This document shows, one piece after another, positions 15,001-21,763 of a DNA stretch of 64,000 nt (position 1 is its first letter; every line of letters begins with the position of its first letter). The stretch is from IMG/VR virus record IMGVR_UViG_3300024520_000050, positions 96,001-160,000 of that record, one strand, 5' to 3'. Below the pieces are notes generated by a model. The model made no database searches. It was not told the DNA's origin and saw nothing but the letters and a program-made list of their open reading frames with translations. The position numbers and the translations under genes are program-made. The stretch comes from a virus.

Positions 15001-15693
15001 ACTCTTAGTTAATCCAGTTGCAGTTTCAACACCTCTACGTGTTAAATCGTCAAGTTTATCAATTTTACGTAAACTCTTCAGCCATTTAATACCTTGCATT
15101 CCTTTTCCAATTGTACTTGCAACTCCACCTCCTTGTGCAACAAAAGATAATGCACTAGATATTAATGATGAACCATTTTCCATCCACCATGAAGCCATTC
15201 CAGGACCTAACATGCCTGCTCCTGCTTTCTGATGTATCTTATATTGATCATTAGTTTCTGCTTTCTTCTCAGCTGCCCACTTAACTACATCAGTTAATAC
15301 TCCACTATTAGGATCATAATAACCTGGTAAATCAACAATAGCAGCTGCACCACCAATAGTGTCAAAAATAGTATTCCAAAAAATTCTATTTCCTGCATTT
15401 TTAGTTTGTTCCCATCCACCTTGTTTCTCCCACAAGTTGTCTTCATTATATATTCCACCTGGAGTATATACAGCCCCTAGTCGATCAGCTTCTTCTTTAG
15501 CATCCCAATCATAAGTTGTTTGTGCAGATTGATCATATAGATTCTTATCTTGATCATATTGGTCACGATAGTAATCAAAATCATTTGTTGCTTTTTGTCT
15601 TTTTTTAACATCCTTTACTAAGGTGTTTTGATATTGTTGTTGAGCACTAGAATTATATAAATTTTCTAAATATGCTTCTTCTTCTGGATTCAT
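1..15693 (-). CDS. Giant virion-packaged multisubunit-type RNA polymerase (Crassvirales vRNAP/ejection protein), partial, 3' end beyond position 1
   Basis: ATG at 15693 (MNPEEEAYLENL). The same frame carries the catalytic GSDYDIDKL at 733-747, GFRIPNQ at ~851-871, FGVQLDQ...STQFRKL at ~1760-1830 and HELIH at 6766-6780, and is still open at positions 1-30 (DALPAIKESK). No minus-strand ORF is listed in 1-15700, consistent with no in-frame stop. Confidence 0.92.
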   Translation of the reverse strand, partial: MNPEEEAYLENLYNSSAQQQYQNTLVKDVKKRQKATNDFDYYRDQYDQDKNLYDQSAQTTYDWDAKEEADRLGAVYTPGGIYNEDNLWEKQGGWEQTKNAGNRIFWNTIFDTIGGAAAIVDLPGYYDPNSGVLTDVVKWAAEKKAETNDQYKIHQKAGAGMLGPGMASWWMENGSSLISSALSFVAQGGGVASTIGKGMQGIKWLKSLRKIDKLDDLTRRGVETATGLTKSGMGRTGTQVGMEMKAADFGRNLVSSTALTQSAAIMSATEVYGSTYDKAKGMGYGEEYAKQVAAQAASTTVNASRANIILNMTSANRFLAGTKNLKGFKPEKFLPSLKDKTLGSGLKEGLQEVAEENVELIAQKQAEGEAALALESGRKSRGIIEGGLPLLTGNVYGDATWKDIREASVLGLAGGMAQTGATDLFHRLGSEKSFGGKTKRFGKAVQEKQKSTEYYPDGTVKHYAGDGVYELEDVMVENEDGEMVQDMIESNITTLDEKGEKVKQPAEARQKVKLDSKGNPVPVMTKSVYSKKEIEANEFKEVDDRLKAFKSNIEKNARVLGTAKYQAQIGRTISDINDVIDNGKETLNKEQKESIVAGWAALEVVNSGGIDLDTEAGKKALDTKKKELSEQFDNMNEQELRKKQDELLEFSLARTAMESFESNTKDHLMAQLNEMKNLTPEQAMEAGYDENYKERADEAMTKVDEYYDRWMEYNSKRSGNVARALFKNRMSYDILTEDIKNLEEKSKKVHDAEIATQAQSEDIDLTEIDEDGVSTKAKYDEAFKIEKEKNKILLYDRRLKALKEDHARLQAEMLELTKSSKANTATTEGAKKHHDEVESKIKEIDKAAKEVKHREAALAVPYDKRIEALGIKPLKSKEQTEIYNKKLKAVEKSKELDRIFDELASQEGEDKLRQIEYNKALEIFKRRWFQFQINNLLEKQEEGGGIHWGLHNVPGRIVYDEVNGEYKFEALHEEEFTSMAIHSYYYKSQLKPGSQEAFKQYKKNFTASQETLMNPINEVIKNVDKQLDELDKDETKYTNALGTIKKEDRATALKQYEDEDSFDKGLDVKAFNKAIEELNKVNTILGLPIDNSIKTPIKLLSKQATRRRDLIKKLNSLKKEREKLTKKKELKQRELTVLTNSLKNIVPPQDMSLYNITTNKKDNSIIVKRNLTYEIDKGDDGIIERMAIGSYYQKIPGGRMVPITHKWELQKGTNIYTRKEKGKGYVLVGKAAKYKGKFVAKIEGKDNAKLANFREASWKISIDTGNQIEPTKTPIQPSVVLSYDNLQKNIKTSTPQDNEVSKARDTYMKAYIAKMIRLKSLNKEKTKLLNGSIEERNAAIEGNKDIIDTFNDLVELRTYLQAQAEALKNGEELTNASTDFADPLVVQMESIIAQFSSDQKEIVDSETKALQDKLYKLGDQVEEQAWKSHKLDVRLEEIKDEIIKHEAIVNKGEGSKRSLGYHKGQITKLNKEYNKARKLRSSINRSINSWENQIVKYEAYAQLLDNVTEDIGFVDTKLNELRLPIQQLYNDIEKWEDVIATQQENLNRVDTNIKENKKLQKQLLGLLNSKQYQRNISNMSELRDAIMDKLEQIGKYKFKNDNDALQEYLDKIADILYVDGKIDADAILDIIENMAESGAISQDMGINLSIMIDELAAFNKLHDQNDKVLTKMDYASDMTLEQINSAIQFTKDSIIKDKADKEVIKAFLGDAEQKMQSVKFKVKELKDTHNGTIRLLSRIDKKLKGNQVDHYNNLTTLSDNADKIMSDHQNTHHNLFTKLNDLAEEITKLETERHELNEYKHALAENSNEFQQESELSTMNDMISYISDSIDNNSNNKLLKDIEAEIAKFTNHYETNVLELAKLDKSIKLQKELIAALKTEDPGMSPETFEKRKKIIEQFTGYEQYSDLVAKMWESDLNDLDTLTEVDIIELEDSRLGVLLDIREAQENDLRRLEDAQKSLENSKEIVTAIFNFDNPELSTTLDEAEKTTDTKEQTAYKKLDEEMGLDGNMIEGDVGKKVEELSSWTRGKITPYSTVPRHITYDKTNNVRKYTADGLPLMTQNPHDLHHMEFMNKYIDNKKDLKNNFKVEYVQLSKPGVTENDPRIVRDENDSMNKLPIVQIDPKTGEKELHNKSYVGDKEALQADIDNPGIYAVVVNNKGERVYMNKDGDLKYGLEGDKAVDYNLVFSTIPNIRKDDSTKSGFSLVMGENMIVNKLQESNYEGYTKLGQFGDTVIFGDKVYHTTNSTDKAAEPVVDLIKAVREQIMQDMQDYRKLIVDHINSGKKAFTEIGNVSEGDMLKRKPDDGKEFRSVEHLFSEDTFDGVVRSETSKGTAIIQVNGSDRTVVSGVPYIKSKDGSLTPTQSGKLTYVDPKSSVKKSSDIETVLRLITHIVPKGKGEFNKTGEFNVVGTTEKISMNLVTHGKDLSNIGLLNKVLNWGGPSKDNPVTPFMIWIKSGKIHFADKQYIKDKADGRVPNAPFFPISSLVEYLAGQKISDTHGNWGVPRLIEMLKEKRKHVHFQLVKEDVAKNEYYHPEIDATTKEIVVRKYDSYNEYMKQILKSNVLNPDELSKIGVKTSVVGKYMSLKPSLQDENGGVITADVLKVNGKTLQLGQKVMRGNIKGELTAIDGDLAFNGELLTSNNISDLKFDVVKPVIVASKKPTTLAKIVNTEIPVLKPGDKIVFANNYREDTAVSGGEVSKKPLQWHTQITAVAAKEGMIVMQEMTIADILYTDFYLVNKKGELTLIEEDQIDSAKKYFPDISTETEIISGSTLHNESRGATFGGTIKSIQDYMTIVFPHMQSQITDDNRESIEKTINTLKMNTEFLTKYLPYLTSGNAKEFGTTLSVGRNSNSKDANVFSLISDSVGGSPNVNLTFTPAENTNIASLIQIPGEAVNPNASITDPTHVKLIMSVLKLSDIGLKIKYTPHLWRNAKLANSKTGDDADTAIELALGALIRSNVTADKLAPIIAHELIHRIDVDGNKDLQGHKARLTDIRNKLVTWLATTGKDNAILNHTSEINGKPISSLAYWMFNSTSTTQGQFTDALQTSGGDVDKLMTTLGLTEKNSMNEFFANTMNSTDWQTFLNSVSVKELGMKTKRGIKNIFQEFIDIVSNILKSLNIDLIKGNVLEEVLEVGAAHFRENKVGILQDIKGDVIYSSKPTTVVTKPIITPSDEVKPGEVAPTIKVEKKAVKIDPNQPLTDQLWDKLESLSWWPEPNEFTDSISDQLSGEISDAEYKEMLSMSSDDLKAKFEEGFDEDDQYSLMGTYVITDKLNISKDDAQAHMNKEEYSQLLAGILAPTEYMKFMDELQNEPLFETHIDVMFNGKEVSQLTPTELKQGQNTFIKNLLDQSESDIDSSLDGYKDTLIMLVDTIENNFKPSKQQQMSKVNKQLTSTYHFNGIDISQVELSSIMGGMTHFLFDLFRNSEDADAFFANKLVTDEIYNSIRTKMHKYVKGMHDLIGSWERKGRPAKGRWQYANRTGGNLVVQDMIRRYLRGTKTKKADIDAQIEAINNLYNNFFLTNTKGNLDKDTAQRFNELVRMHTNQINNLGFKFSEDAIDDAMMDDEIHAVKDKAFFDNSTERNQKDSVPPAIKLLIASLSNQIKNQQKSKNNKEVYENVTSYLGLPSPNEFNDIYNLLVKKLSNTPGDRDKIMSALTEVMQAEGQYTTGSTLRSLVGKDSILRKIMNADGSANTDITLDELNILNQFIQTFSKFSPKFLLARMDREGKIKYIDANRYKTSDKILSGWEESFNDALVDKSVVTEEDKTIDVKALDPVVAKAFIGLVSDAENIYTGAHNAPNENKAKEKAFKRLRTALATVGIEIKKVNSISDINNLIMAKNGQSSIFKLLLDKDSIAQALEKNADDPFYSLFTDRTIDATMKSLAEYTADVTNQVVDNQHMSVDGKTIYAATLNHFLSIATNRINSAVADPNQDLRTEVPHLFNVFTKNSVVRNWLEEGNTTIEVGMFNGLIAQGIRDGIVNKELDSPDKWSMMISSTMQGYYTFFRAADRGTENSFVFRDSKTKAVKKLYTEAGPGTRDNAKKAYYGYLLDEINAMVQYELGVGQDLQFYGKDSRNSEKGSDFRFFSDSKISEDMKRSIKAKVKAGKSLADIKAHLDLHINDFNDGLDKFFYAKAKKVKETIREEGLLGLIPDSFKTKKQWNKVTNKPSEVFKDNASHMVFTGIPSNLLGEYIDKQSTQYFTDKDGNVDIDALNEAALTEMLYDFNMIQTGAYIEQSKLFVGDPAMYKNSDAFFKRMSMMNSTKKISVMDKVVDEVLNETNGVVLKDENGTINFESLNITELQALINNEYVLSKALDKTRRDALQALIGADKNIDDITIQPLLGFNPDYILSGERYDGTFKSMILEEVLTMSYLAKDQVADIEIKNGVITYLDKDGNSLDASKDNIEKDAAGNITNYPQVSKLRKAFSESFLEDGLSKDKIQDKVASYLKPYLKMEEADAQAYTTMAGYKEILLKAGDWKPKHQAAYNKIIQGKELSDKELFLFRVLKTQYTGPMALNESSNQSSGSKVTEVNEDTNLFVPTGYKHSVFPLIPQLIKDTNLSKLNDIMQQKGVTLAQFTTANKFGRKLKEDGKSNTLYNENGEFALNVDEVLTQTTSYQYFGVQLDQSPSMKGKITASTQFRKLILSNMIEAGVPVDYMENQIQLLKEGNAYRGLPIEQIEDAARDNWEEVKANWDNLTPEQQYEASPMYGLYKQYQDIQVELYKRPFDKLIKELELSPITHDGTENGNIVGYHIGNRTSLVNVALEMAKDRNMSDNVKNSIASLEEDSTYIEHVLAKEKVENVLFAIINSRVIKEKRKGEGSPQVASTLFEKIEKSDGTEFKREGKDGMHFSSPDLRHYERGANNITLPAHCMLALPADLIGWADEQFGINGKGGLDGLNKYLAEELHPLLDRIELEGSNEELDELATKVKSLITVIGFRIPNQALNSNEFMRVQRFLPTTAGDTIVVPTEMVAKAGSDYDIDKLNLYLMDYKKPRYLGTFWSAPEAYTFMDDTNSTIRERHDAYLDNIALVKDDEIQSFLDDMSKERAEDLDAYDEQAKAVNTSNFKTIKADFKEHKAGLEKGFKAKSKEDLKPFADASLEAFNTLNTNLILTFKKANSEYTGDFIEKTIQFKGLAVTYLNELKGQVTEDTTEDIRVLIEDPKGEIEAGVAIPLLKTIEKLEFLIETYDDIIKYTMGKDFATWIDEKVSETWSWEQDALPAIKESK

Positions 15694-15720
15694 TAATTAA
15701 TAAATTATATTTTAATTAAA

Positions 15721-18700
15721 TTACGATTTGTCTTTTTGTGAATGATCTATTGTTTCTCCTGCAGGTCTTGACTCAGTTGCCACAGATACATCTATATGCA
15801 ATCCTGTTCCCGCATCGTGATATAATGCATTCATTCCATTTTCTTTTAAAAACATATTCCCCGAATACGTATTAAAAAATCCCCATAATGCTTTCCCTAC
15901 TCTACCTGCTTCACCACTGGTTTTTATATCAACTGAATTACCTCTCATATGAGGACTTCTAGTTAATTCATCTAGTCTATTTCTATAAGCTCTTGTATTA
16001 TCTTGTAATGATCTTAATACACTTGTTAATATCATCTTATCATTAGATGATAAACCTTGGAACATTTTAAAATCAGTAGGTTTCATATTTTGTGGAATAT
16101 TGCCATTAATAATACTACTTAATAAATCATCAGTGTTTTTAATAAAAGTTTGAATTGCAGGTGTAGCTTTCATTTTACTTTGTGATCGGATATTATTTAA
16201 GTTTGTTATATCTACTAAATTCTTTGGATCTGTTAAATATTTATGACCATCAGTATCAGTATACCAAGTTTCATTAACTAACTCCTCATTAAATTTTAAT
16301 CCTAAATTTGCTTGATCTTCAATATTCATATTATCAAATGTCGTCGCATCTATTTGATAAAAACCTGTTTCATTATTTTTTGAAACCACGCCAGTAGTAG
16401 TTAAATCTTCAATTGTAGAACTGGCATTAATCTTTCCCCCAGTTACTGTAGTTCCACCTGTTAATGTTTTTTCTAACATTGAATTTAATGCATTCCTAAC
16501 AGATTGTGGAGTAGGATATTTAGTTTTATCTCGGAATATACTTCCTTTTGGAAATACATATTCTACATCTGCACCATTATCTAATTGAGTTATTTGATTA
16601 ACTAAAGATTCTGATACTTGTCTTTCTCTAGGGTATTTCTTATCTTGATATGCAAAGAAATCATCAACAGTTTCAAAAGCATGTCTACTAATTCCTTCTT
16701 CATTAATACCATAATCTACAGATCCTGCATTAGGATCTTCACCCAATGAATTACCTTTATATAATACATAATATTGTCCATTTTTAACTTGACTTTCACC
16801 TTTGCCTATGTTTGCATTAGCTTTATGTACTCTAGTTTGAGGATGATTTCCATAATTATCTATATCAGCATACAATCGTCTATTCTTTTTCAAACCATCT
16901 TTTAATTGTTTACCTGTTGTATAATATTGCATTGGTACTCCAAAGAATTTAACAGCACTATATTTATCTAATGGAGCATCATGTTCAAAGAACCATTTCT
17001 TATTGTTCTCATCAATATATTCATAATGAGCAACCATTAAGCCACCTAATTCATCTGCTTCATATCTAATTCCTTTATACGCTTTATCTAATTCTGTCTT
17101 TTCGTAATCTTGATACGACATGGTTTTACCGTCTTCTTTTAACGTTTCCCATTGTTTCTCTATCTGATTTTTTAAATGTTGCTCTTGGAAGTTTTCATCT
17201 TTACTATTTCTAAAATTTGCTGCACGTCTAGTTGTACGCTCATCACCCAACATTCCTCGAGAGCCCATTATTTGCTTTTCTTCTTTAGTTTTCTCTGCAT
17301 ATTCTGCATCTTTAGTATTCGCTGTCGAAGTTCTATATAGCGTAACTGAAGTATTTTCAATTATATCATTCATTGATTCTACTGCATCCACAAAACCTTC
17401 AATATCTCCAACTTGAGTATTAAATCTATTACTTAATTCAGTTTTATAAGTTGTTTTATAATTTTTAATAACATCTTCATTCAATATAGCATATCCATTT
17501 TTTATTGAATAACTATGAGGTGTTGCATCTCCGGCGGTACCTCGCTCATAAGGAGGATCGAAAGCTTTTGATTCAACTAAAATACTATGATATAATTTAG
17601 CATGATTTTTAGAATTAAATAAAGGGTTATTGCCTGTATATGTTTGTAAGAATTTAGTTAACTCCGGATCTTTATCAATTTCATCTTTTAATGGTGCGCT
17701 TAAACCATATCTCAATCCTTGATGTTTTCGATCTACCCCAACCTCATGAGGACCTAAATCTGAACTTTTATATTCGCCTTTTACTATTTTTTCTCGATGA
17801 TTAGCCCATATAGTTTTTAATTTAAGTATGTGATTTTTACTTTCCTCTTCAGTAAATAATAAATCACCATTACCATCTTTTGTTAAATTAGCATCATTTT
17901 CGGCAATCATATTATCAATAAGAGAAGTTAAACCGATTACTTCAGATGCTTTTTTAGTAGATTCAATTACGTTAGTTTTAAATTTACTTGATTCTTCCCC
18001 TTCTGTTCCTTCAATTATTTCTTCAACAGTTTCAATACCAAATCCAAATTGTTGACCTATCGCTACAAAATTCTCTTTTAATATTTTAGCATGTTCATTA
18101 TTAAGAAGTACTTTTTTAGTAATACCATCAAATTTGGCTGCTTTGCGTGCTTGTAATTTTTTAGCATTTTCTATTTTAGATTGAATCTTTAATAGCTTAG
18201 CTTCATATAATATTTTAGTTGCTCCACCTGGATTGACGTCAGCTAATTTTTTAGTATACAATTCTTCTAAATTGTATAATAATGGATTAATAGTAATCTC
18301 ACCATCATATCTATTTACACTAAATGTAGATAAACTCTTATCGCCCTTACTTCCATCTCCAGCCACAGTAGCTGACCACGCTAAATCATTTTTCATTACA
18401 TCTTCTAATCCTTCTGATGCTGTTACAAGTTCACTTCTTAAAAATAAATCATCTCCTAATTGCTCTACTAAAGTTTCAGCACTTTTCGTTTCAAATGTAG
18501 GATTGCCATTTTCATCAGGCTCACCAGGAAGTTTAATCATACCATCTTTAGCATCAAAATTTTCATAATTAGCCGTTGTTGTATTCTCCCAACCTTTAGT
18601 TTTATCATTTTTCTTAAAGAATATAACAGCTGAATTAGATTTATAATCTTCTCCTACTGCACCTAAACTTTGTAATTCACCTTCACCTTCAGGAATGTCA

Positions 18701-19926
18701 GCTGTACCACCCCCTTCGCCACGATTAGTAGTACTCATAACAGAATTTACCAATGCATGATTATTATCTATAGTTGTATAAGAAAATCCATCAGTTTGTA
18801 AGTCTGCAGTAACTCCCACTAAATCAGCTTCTGCATGAATATTTCTATATTTATCTATCATATCACTTTCTTGTGATTTTGTACCATCAACTCCATGACT
18901 AGAAATAGAACTAGTATATGTCCTAACAACAGGTGGTCTTGATTCTGTGTCTGTTCCTGCTCCGTTATTTCCACTTTTAGCAGGTCTTTCTGCTTGATCA
19001 GAATTTTGAGCCATTTTTTGTCTAGTAACATCTGTAGTGTGTAAATCAGTTTTTTCAGATTGACCATATGTAAATATAAGATCTTGAGTTTTCTGACGAG
19101 CATAATCTATTGCTTCTTGTTCACTTTTACCTAATTTATACAATGCATGATCTTTTTGAAGTCTATAATATTGACTTCCTTCACTATCTTTAATAAATCC
19201 ATCTAATGCACCTTTAATAATATGATCTACTTGAGTCCAATTATCTGAATCTTTTTTAGAATGTTTTTGCCAATATGCAACCCAATCAGGGACAGAAGTT
19301 CCATCTGCTAATTTCTTATCAGGTAGTTTTGTAAAGTTAGGATCTTTTGCATACCATGACTTACCACTTATTGTTTTACCTATTTCATCGAATAATCTTT
19401 TAGCTGCTTGGGAATGATCCAAAGTTTTTTCCATTCCCCAATTACCAGTAAATTTACGAGCAGAACCATCATCTAAACGTAATGAACCACTTAAAGGATT
19501 ATAAGTTGGATCGCCAAAATAAGATACTGTACCATTTGCTGATTCTATTTTTTGTTTAATCATAATAGCTTCATCTGCATTTCTTTTAGCTTCAGATAAT
19601 ATTCTAAAATCTGTTTTTCCTGCCCATTCAGTTGCTAATGTTTGAAATTGATCTCTATTTATGCTAGAATAATCTCTATCAGCTGCATCAACCATTGATG
19701 ATACATCTGTACTAAAACCTTTTTCTAATTGTTGTGCTAACTCAAAATCATCATTATGATCACGAGTTTGTTTTAACATGGCTGCTTTACTTTTAGCTAT
19801 CATGTCTCTTAGTTCATTAGCGCGAGTATCCCTCGCGACAATGCCCTCTTTCATACTTGTTATGTCTTCGACATATGGAGTTACTTCACTTACTTTAGCT
19901 GATGTTACACCTTTAATTATTGCCAT
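15721..19926 (-). CDS. Large virion ejected/core protein with C-terminal peptidase M15-like domain
   Basis: 1401 aa, directly upstream of the vRNAP. The C-terminus has SPHMRGNSVDI ... GLHIDV, matching the M15 H-x6-D...H pattern. Confidence 0.7.
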   Translation of the reverse strand: MAIIKGVTSAKVSEVTPYVEDITSMKEGIVARDTRANELRDMIAKSKAAMLKQTRDHNDDFELAQQLEKGFSTDVSSMVDAADRDYSSINRDQFQTLATEWAGKTDFRILSEAKRNADEAIMIKQKIESANGTVSYFGDPTYNPLSGSLRLDDGSARKFTGNWGMEKTLDHSQAAKRLFDEIGKTISGKSWYAKDPNFTKLPDKKLADGTSVPDWVAYWQKHSKKDSDNWTQVDHIIKGALDGFIKDSEGSQYYRLQKDHALYKLGKSEQEAIDYARQKTQDLIFTYGQSEKTDLHTTDVTRQKMAQNSDQAERPAKSGNNGAGTDTESRPPVVRTYTSSISSHGVDGTKSQESDMIDKYRNIHAEADLVGVTADLQTDGFSYTTIDNNHALVNSVMSTTNRGEGGGTADIPEGEGELQSLGAVGEDYKSNSAVIFFKKNDKTKGWENTTTANYENFDAKDGMIKLPGEPDENGNPTFETKSAETLVEQLGDDLFLRSELVTASEGLEDVMKNDLAWSATVAGDGSKGDKSLSTFSVNRYDGEITINPLLYNLEELYTKKLADVNPGGATKILYEAKLLKIQSKIENAKKLQARKAAKFDGITKKVLLNNEHAKILKENFVAIGQQFGFGIETVEEIIEGTEGEESSKFKTNVIESTKKASEVIGLTSLIDNMIAENDANLTKDGNGDLLFTEEESKNHILKLKTIWANHREKIVKGEYKSSDLGPHEVGVDRKHQGLRYGLSAPLKDEIDKDPELTKFLQTYTGNNPLFNSKNHAKLYHSILVESKAFDPPYERGTAGDATPHSYSIKNGYAILNEDVIKNYKTTYKTELSNRFNTQVGDIEGFVDAVESMNDIIENTSVTLYRTSTANTKDAEYAEKTKEEKQIMGSRGMLGDERTTRRAANFRNSKDENFQEQHLKNQIEKQWETLKEDGKTMSYQDYEKTELDKAYKGIRYEADELGGLMVAHYEYIDENNKKWFFEHDAPLDKYSAVKFFGVPMQYYTTGKQLKDGLKKNRRLYADIDNYGNHPQTRVHKANANIGKGESQVKNGQYYVLYKGNSLGEDPNAGSVDYGINEEGISRHAFETVDDFFAYQDKKYPRERQVSESLVNQITQLDNGADVEYVFPKGSIFRDKTKYPTPQSVRNALNSMLEKTLTGGTTVTGGKINASSTIEDLTTTGVVSKNNETGFYQIDATTFDNMNIEDQANLGLKFNEELVNETWYTDTDGHKYLTDPKNLVDITNLNNIRSQSKMKATPAIQTFIKNTDDLLSSIINGNIPQNMKPTDFKMFQGLSSNDKMILTSVLRSLQDNTRAYRNRLDELTRSPHMRGNSVDIKTSGEAGRVGKALWGFFNTYSGNMFLKENGMNALYHDAGTGLHIDVSVATESRPAGETIDHSQKDKS

Positions 19927-19986
19927 TATTGTATATTATATAAAAAATAAAGTATTATTTTTGCTTAGTTACTATTTGTAACTTTA

Positions 19987-19994
19987 CAAATATA
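19987..19994 (-). promoter_or_regulatory. Bacteroidota-type -7 promoter element TATATTTG
   Basis: Matches TAnnTTTG in the intergenic gap about 60 nt upstream of the virion operon start. The same ATTATATTTGTAA context recurs at 55313-55325. Confidence 0.6.
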
Positions 19995-20054
19995 ATACTT
20001 TACCTTATAATTATCGAAACAATAGCTTAAAAACGTACGAATCCTTTACTTAGC

Positions 20055-20630
20055 CTAAGTTGACTTAATAATAGGTGTGTTTCGCCTTGTATATTCGCTA
20101 AGAAAGTTTTGTGCAATCTCCACCATTGATGAAGTATGCCTATCTCCTTTAAATTTATTTACTTGATCACATACAACTTGTACGTTGTCCATTGTGTATC
20201 CACCACTTGGAGCTATTTGATCCAATGATGGACTATGTGGATGTACTCGTTTATATTCTGATCTCCGTGAATAAGGTTTAATAAAGAAAGATGTTGTTGT
20301 GATTTCACACATTCCATTCTTTAATTTATTAATTACCCATTCTTCTGTTAAGTCAAAATCATTTCCTCGTGCTTTAGCTCGTGCTTTAGCTCCTGCAATT
20401 AATGTTCTAGCTCTATACTTAATTGGATTTGCTAGAGCCCATATTTCCATCTTCTTACGTCGTTTTTCTCTCTTTTGATCTTGTACTATTAAATCATCTA
20501 CATAACGCTTAATACTAGCTTTAGATCGTCTCCTAAGACCTGCAAAGTTAATAATTTGCTGTATCTCTACGATTGTTGCTGATATGTATGCACTCTTTAT
20601 GATTTCTTTTGTCTTTTTACAATATCTCAT
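20055..20630 (-). CDS. Free-standing HNH/His-Me finger endonuclease
   Basis: C..T...PSLDQI.PSGGYTMDNVQVVCDQVNKFKG pattern. Confidence 0.75.
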   Translation of the reverse strand: MRYCKKTKEIIKSAYISATIVEIQQIINFAGLRRRSKASIKRYVDDLIVQDQKREKRRKKMEIWALANPIKYRARTLIAGAKARAKARGNDFDLTEEWVINKLKNGMCEITTTSFFIKPYSRRSEYKRVHPHSPSLDQIAPSGGYTMDNVQVVCDQVNKFKGDRHTSSMVEIAQNFLSEYTRRNTPIIKST

Positions 20631-20663
20631 ATTATATTTATGAGTTAGACAATATTCGTTATT

Positions 20664-21140
20664 TTATTTTCCTGTACTTCCGAATCCACCTTCACGATCT
20701 GAATTATATTTTAATTCTTCTACTTCTATCCAATCAGTTTGTTCAACTTTAGTTGCAAACACTTGACCTACTCTATCTCCTATTTCATAAGGGAAATCAT
20801 GATATGTCAATTTGTATTCGTCATTTCTTTTTTCATGGAAAGCTTTAATAATTCCACTAGGAATACATGTAAATCTCATTTGATATTCACCAGGATAATC
20901 TGCATCACCTTGGCCTGGACTATTGTTCATAACCCAATTAGTTTTAGTTAAACTACTTCTTGGTACTAATTCTAGTTTATAATCATCAGGTAACTTAGCT
21001 GCAAAACCTAATTTGCAATATACTTTACTTGGTGATTTATATTCTATTTCAGTCACAACCACATCAAAACCACAAGCTAACTTAGTTGCTTTTGTTGGTA
21101 TTTTAAATAGAGGGTGTAATCTTTTAAATTCAATTTTCAT
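20664..21140 (-). CDS. dut: Trimeric dUTPase
   Basis: Motifs ACGFDV, PRSS, SPGQGDADYPGE, GDRVGQ and REGGFGSTG. Confidence 0.95.
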   Translation of the reverse strand: MKIEFKRLHPLFKIPTKATKLACGFDVVVTEIEYKSPSKVYCKLGFAAKLPDDYKLELVPRSSLTKTNWVMNNSPGQGDADYPGEYQMRFTCIPSGIIKAFHEKRNDEYKLTYHDFPYEIGDRVGQVFATKVEQTDWIEVEELKYNSDREGGFGSTGK

Positions 21141-21763
21141 TATTTTGTATTATTATAAAATTCAACTAAAAATTCATCCATATAAGTACTTGGTATTTTC
21201 AATCTATATTTTAGATCGTTACAAGCAACTCTAAAATTATATTTAGTATTACTAACATGCCAATTACCAGGACCTATGTTATTATTAGATAATAGTAGTC
21301 TTGTACCATTATTTTTATTGATTAACAACCATGGAATCCATTTATCTTCTAACATTGCATCGCCAATTAATGTAATAGCTAACTTAACTTTTACTTTATC
21401 CATAGTCTTCAATAAGTCTATAATTTGACGTGAGTATTCACTCATATCTCTACTATTTACATTCTTAAGTAATAAAGCAAATTCATTTGGATTATATATA
21501 TTAGATTGACCTATTTTACGATATTGATTATCTTCTACTGATGTATAAGATTTAGGATAATTAAATATCCCACCCCTCCATGTCTTTGTAATGATTCTAG
21601 TTACATCAGGACTATATTTAATAGTCCATTTCATTTTCAAATCATCTAACATCTTTTTAACAGTAGTCTTATTATATGCTCCTGTAAAAGCACCATGTAA
21701 CCAAATTAATTGATCATCTTCAAACCAATCTTCAGTTAACTTTTGTTTCTGTTTATTTATCAT
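21140..21763 (-). CDS. Hypothetical protein, possible N-terminal BRCT-like domain
   Basis: GAFTG...KKMLDDL...YSPDVTRII loosely resembles the BRCT pattern. Confidence 0.45.
   Translation of the reverse strand: MINKQKQKLTEDWFEDDQLIWLHGAFTGAYNKTTVKKMLDDLKMKWTIKYSPDVTRIITKTWRGGIFNYPKSYTSVEDNQYRKIGQSNIYNPNEFALLLKNVNSRDMSEYSRQIIDLLKTMDKVKVKLAITLIGDAMLEDKWIPWLLINKNNGTRLLLSNNNIGPGNWHVSNTKYNFRVACNDLKYRLKIPSTYMDEFLVEFYNNTK

Noticed and set aside
1-15700. Apparent 15.7-kb gene desert suggesting stop-codon reassignment
   Set aside because: It is explained by one open frame running off the window edge. TAA, TAG and TGA all terminate well-formed genes elsewhere, and no suppressor tRNA is present.
20870-20920. 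dUTPase motif 3 variant GQGDADY instead of GxIDxDY
   Set aside because: The catalytic Asp and all other motifs are intact; a single substitution is not enough to argue for altered function.
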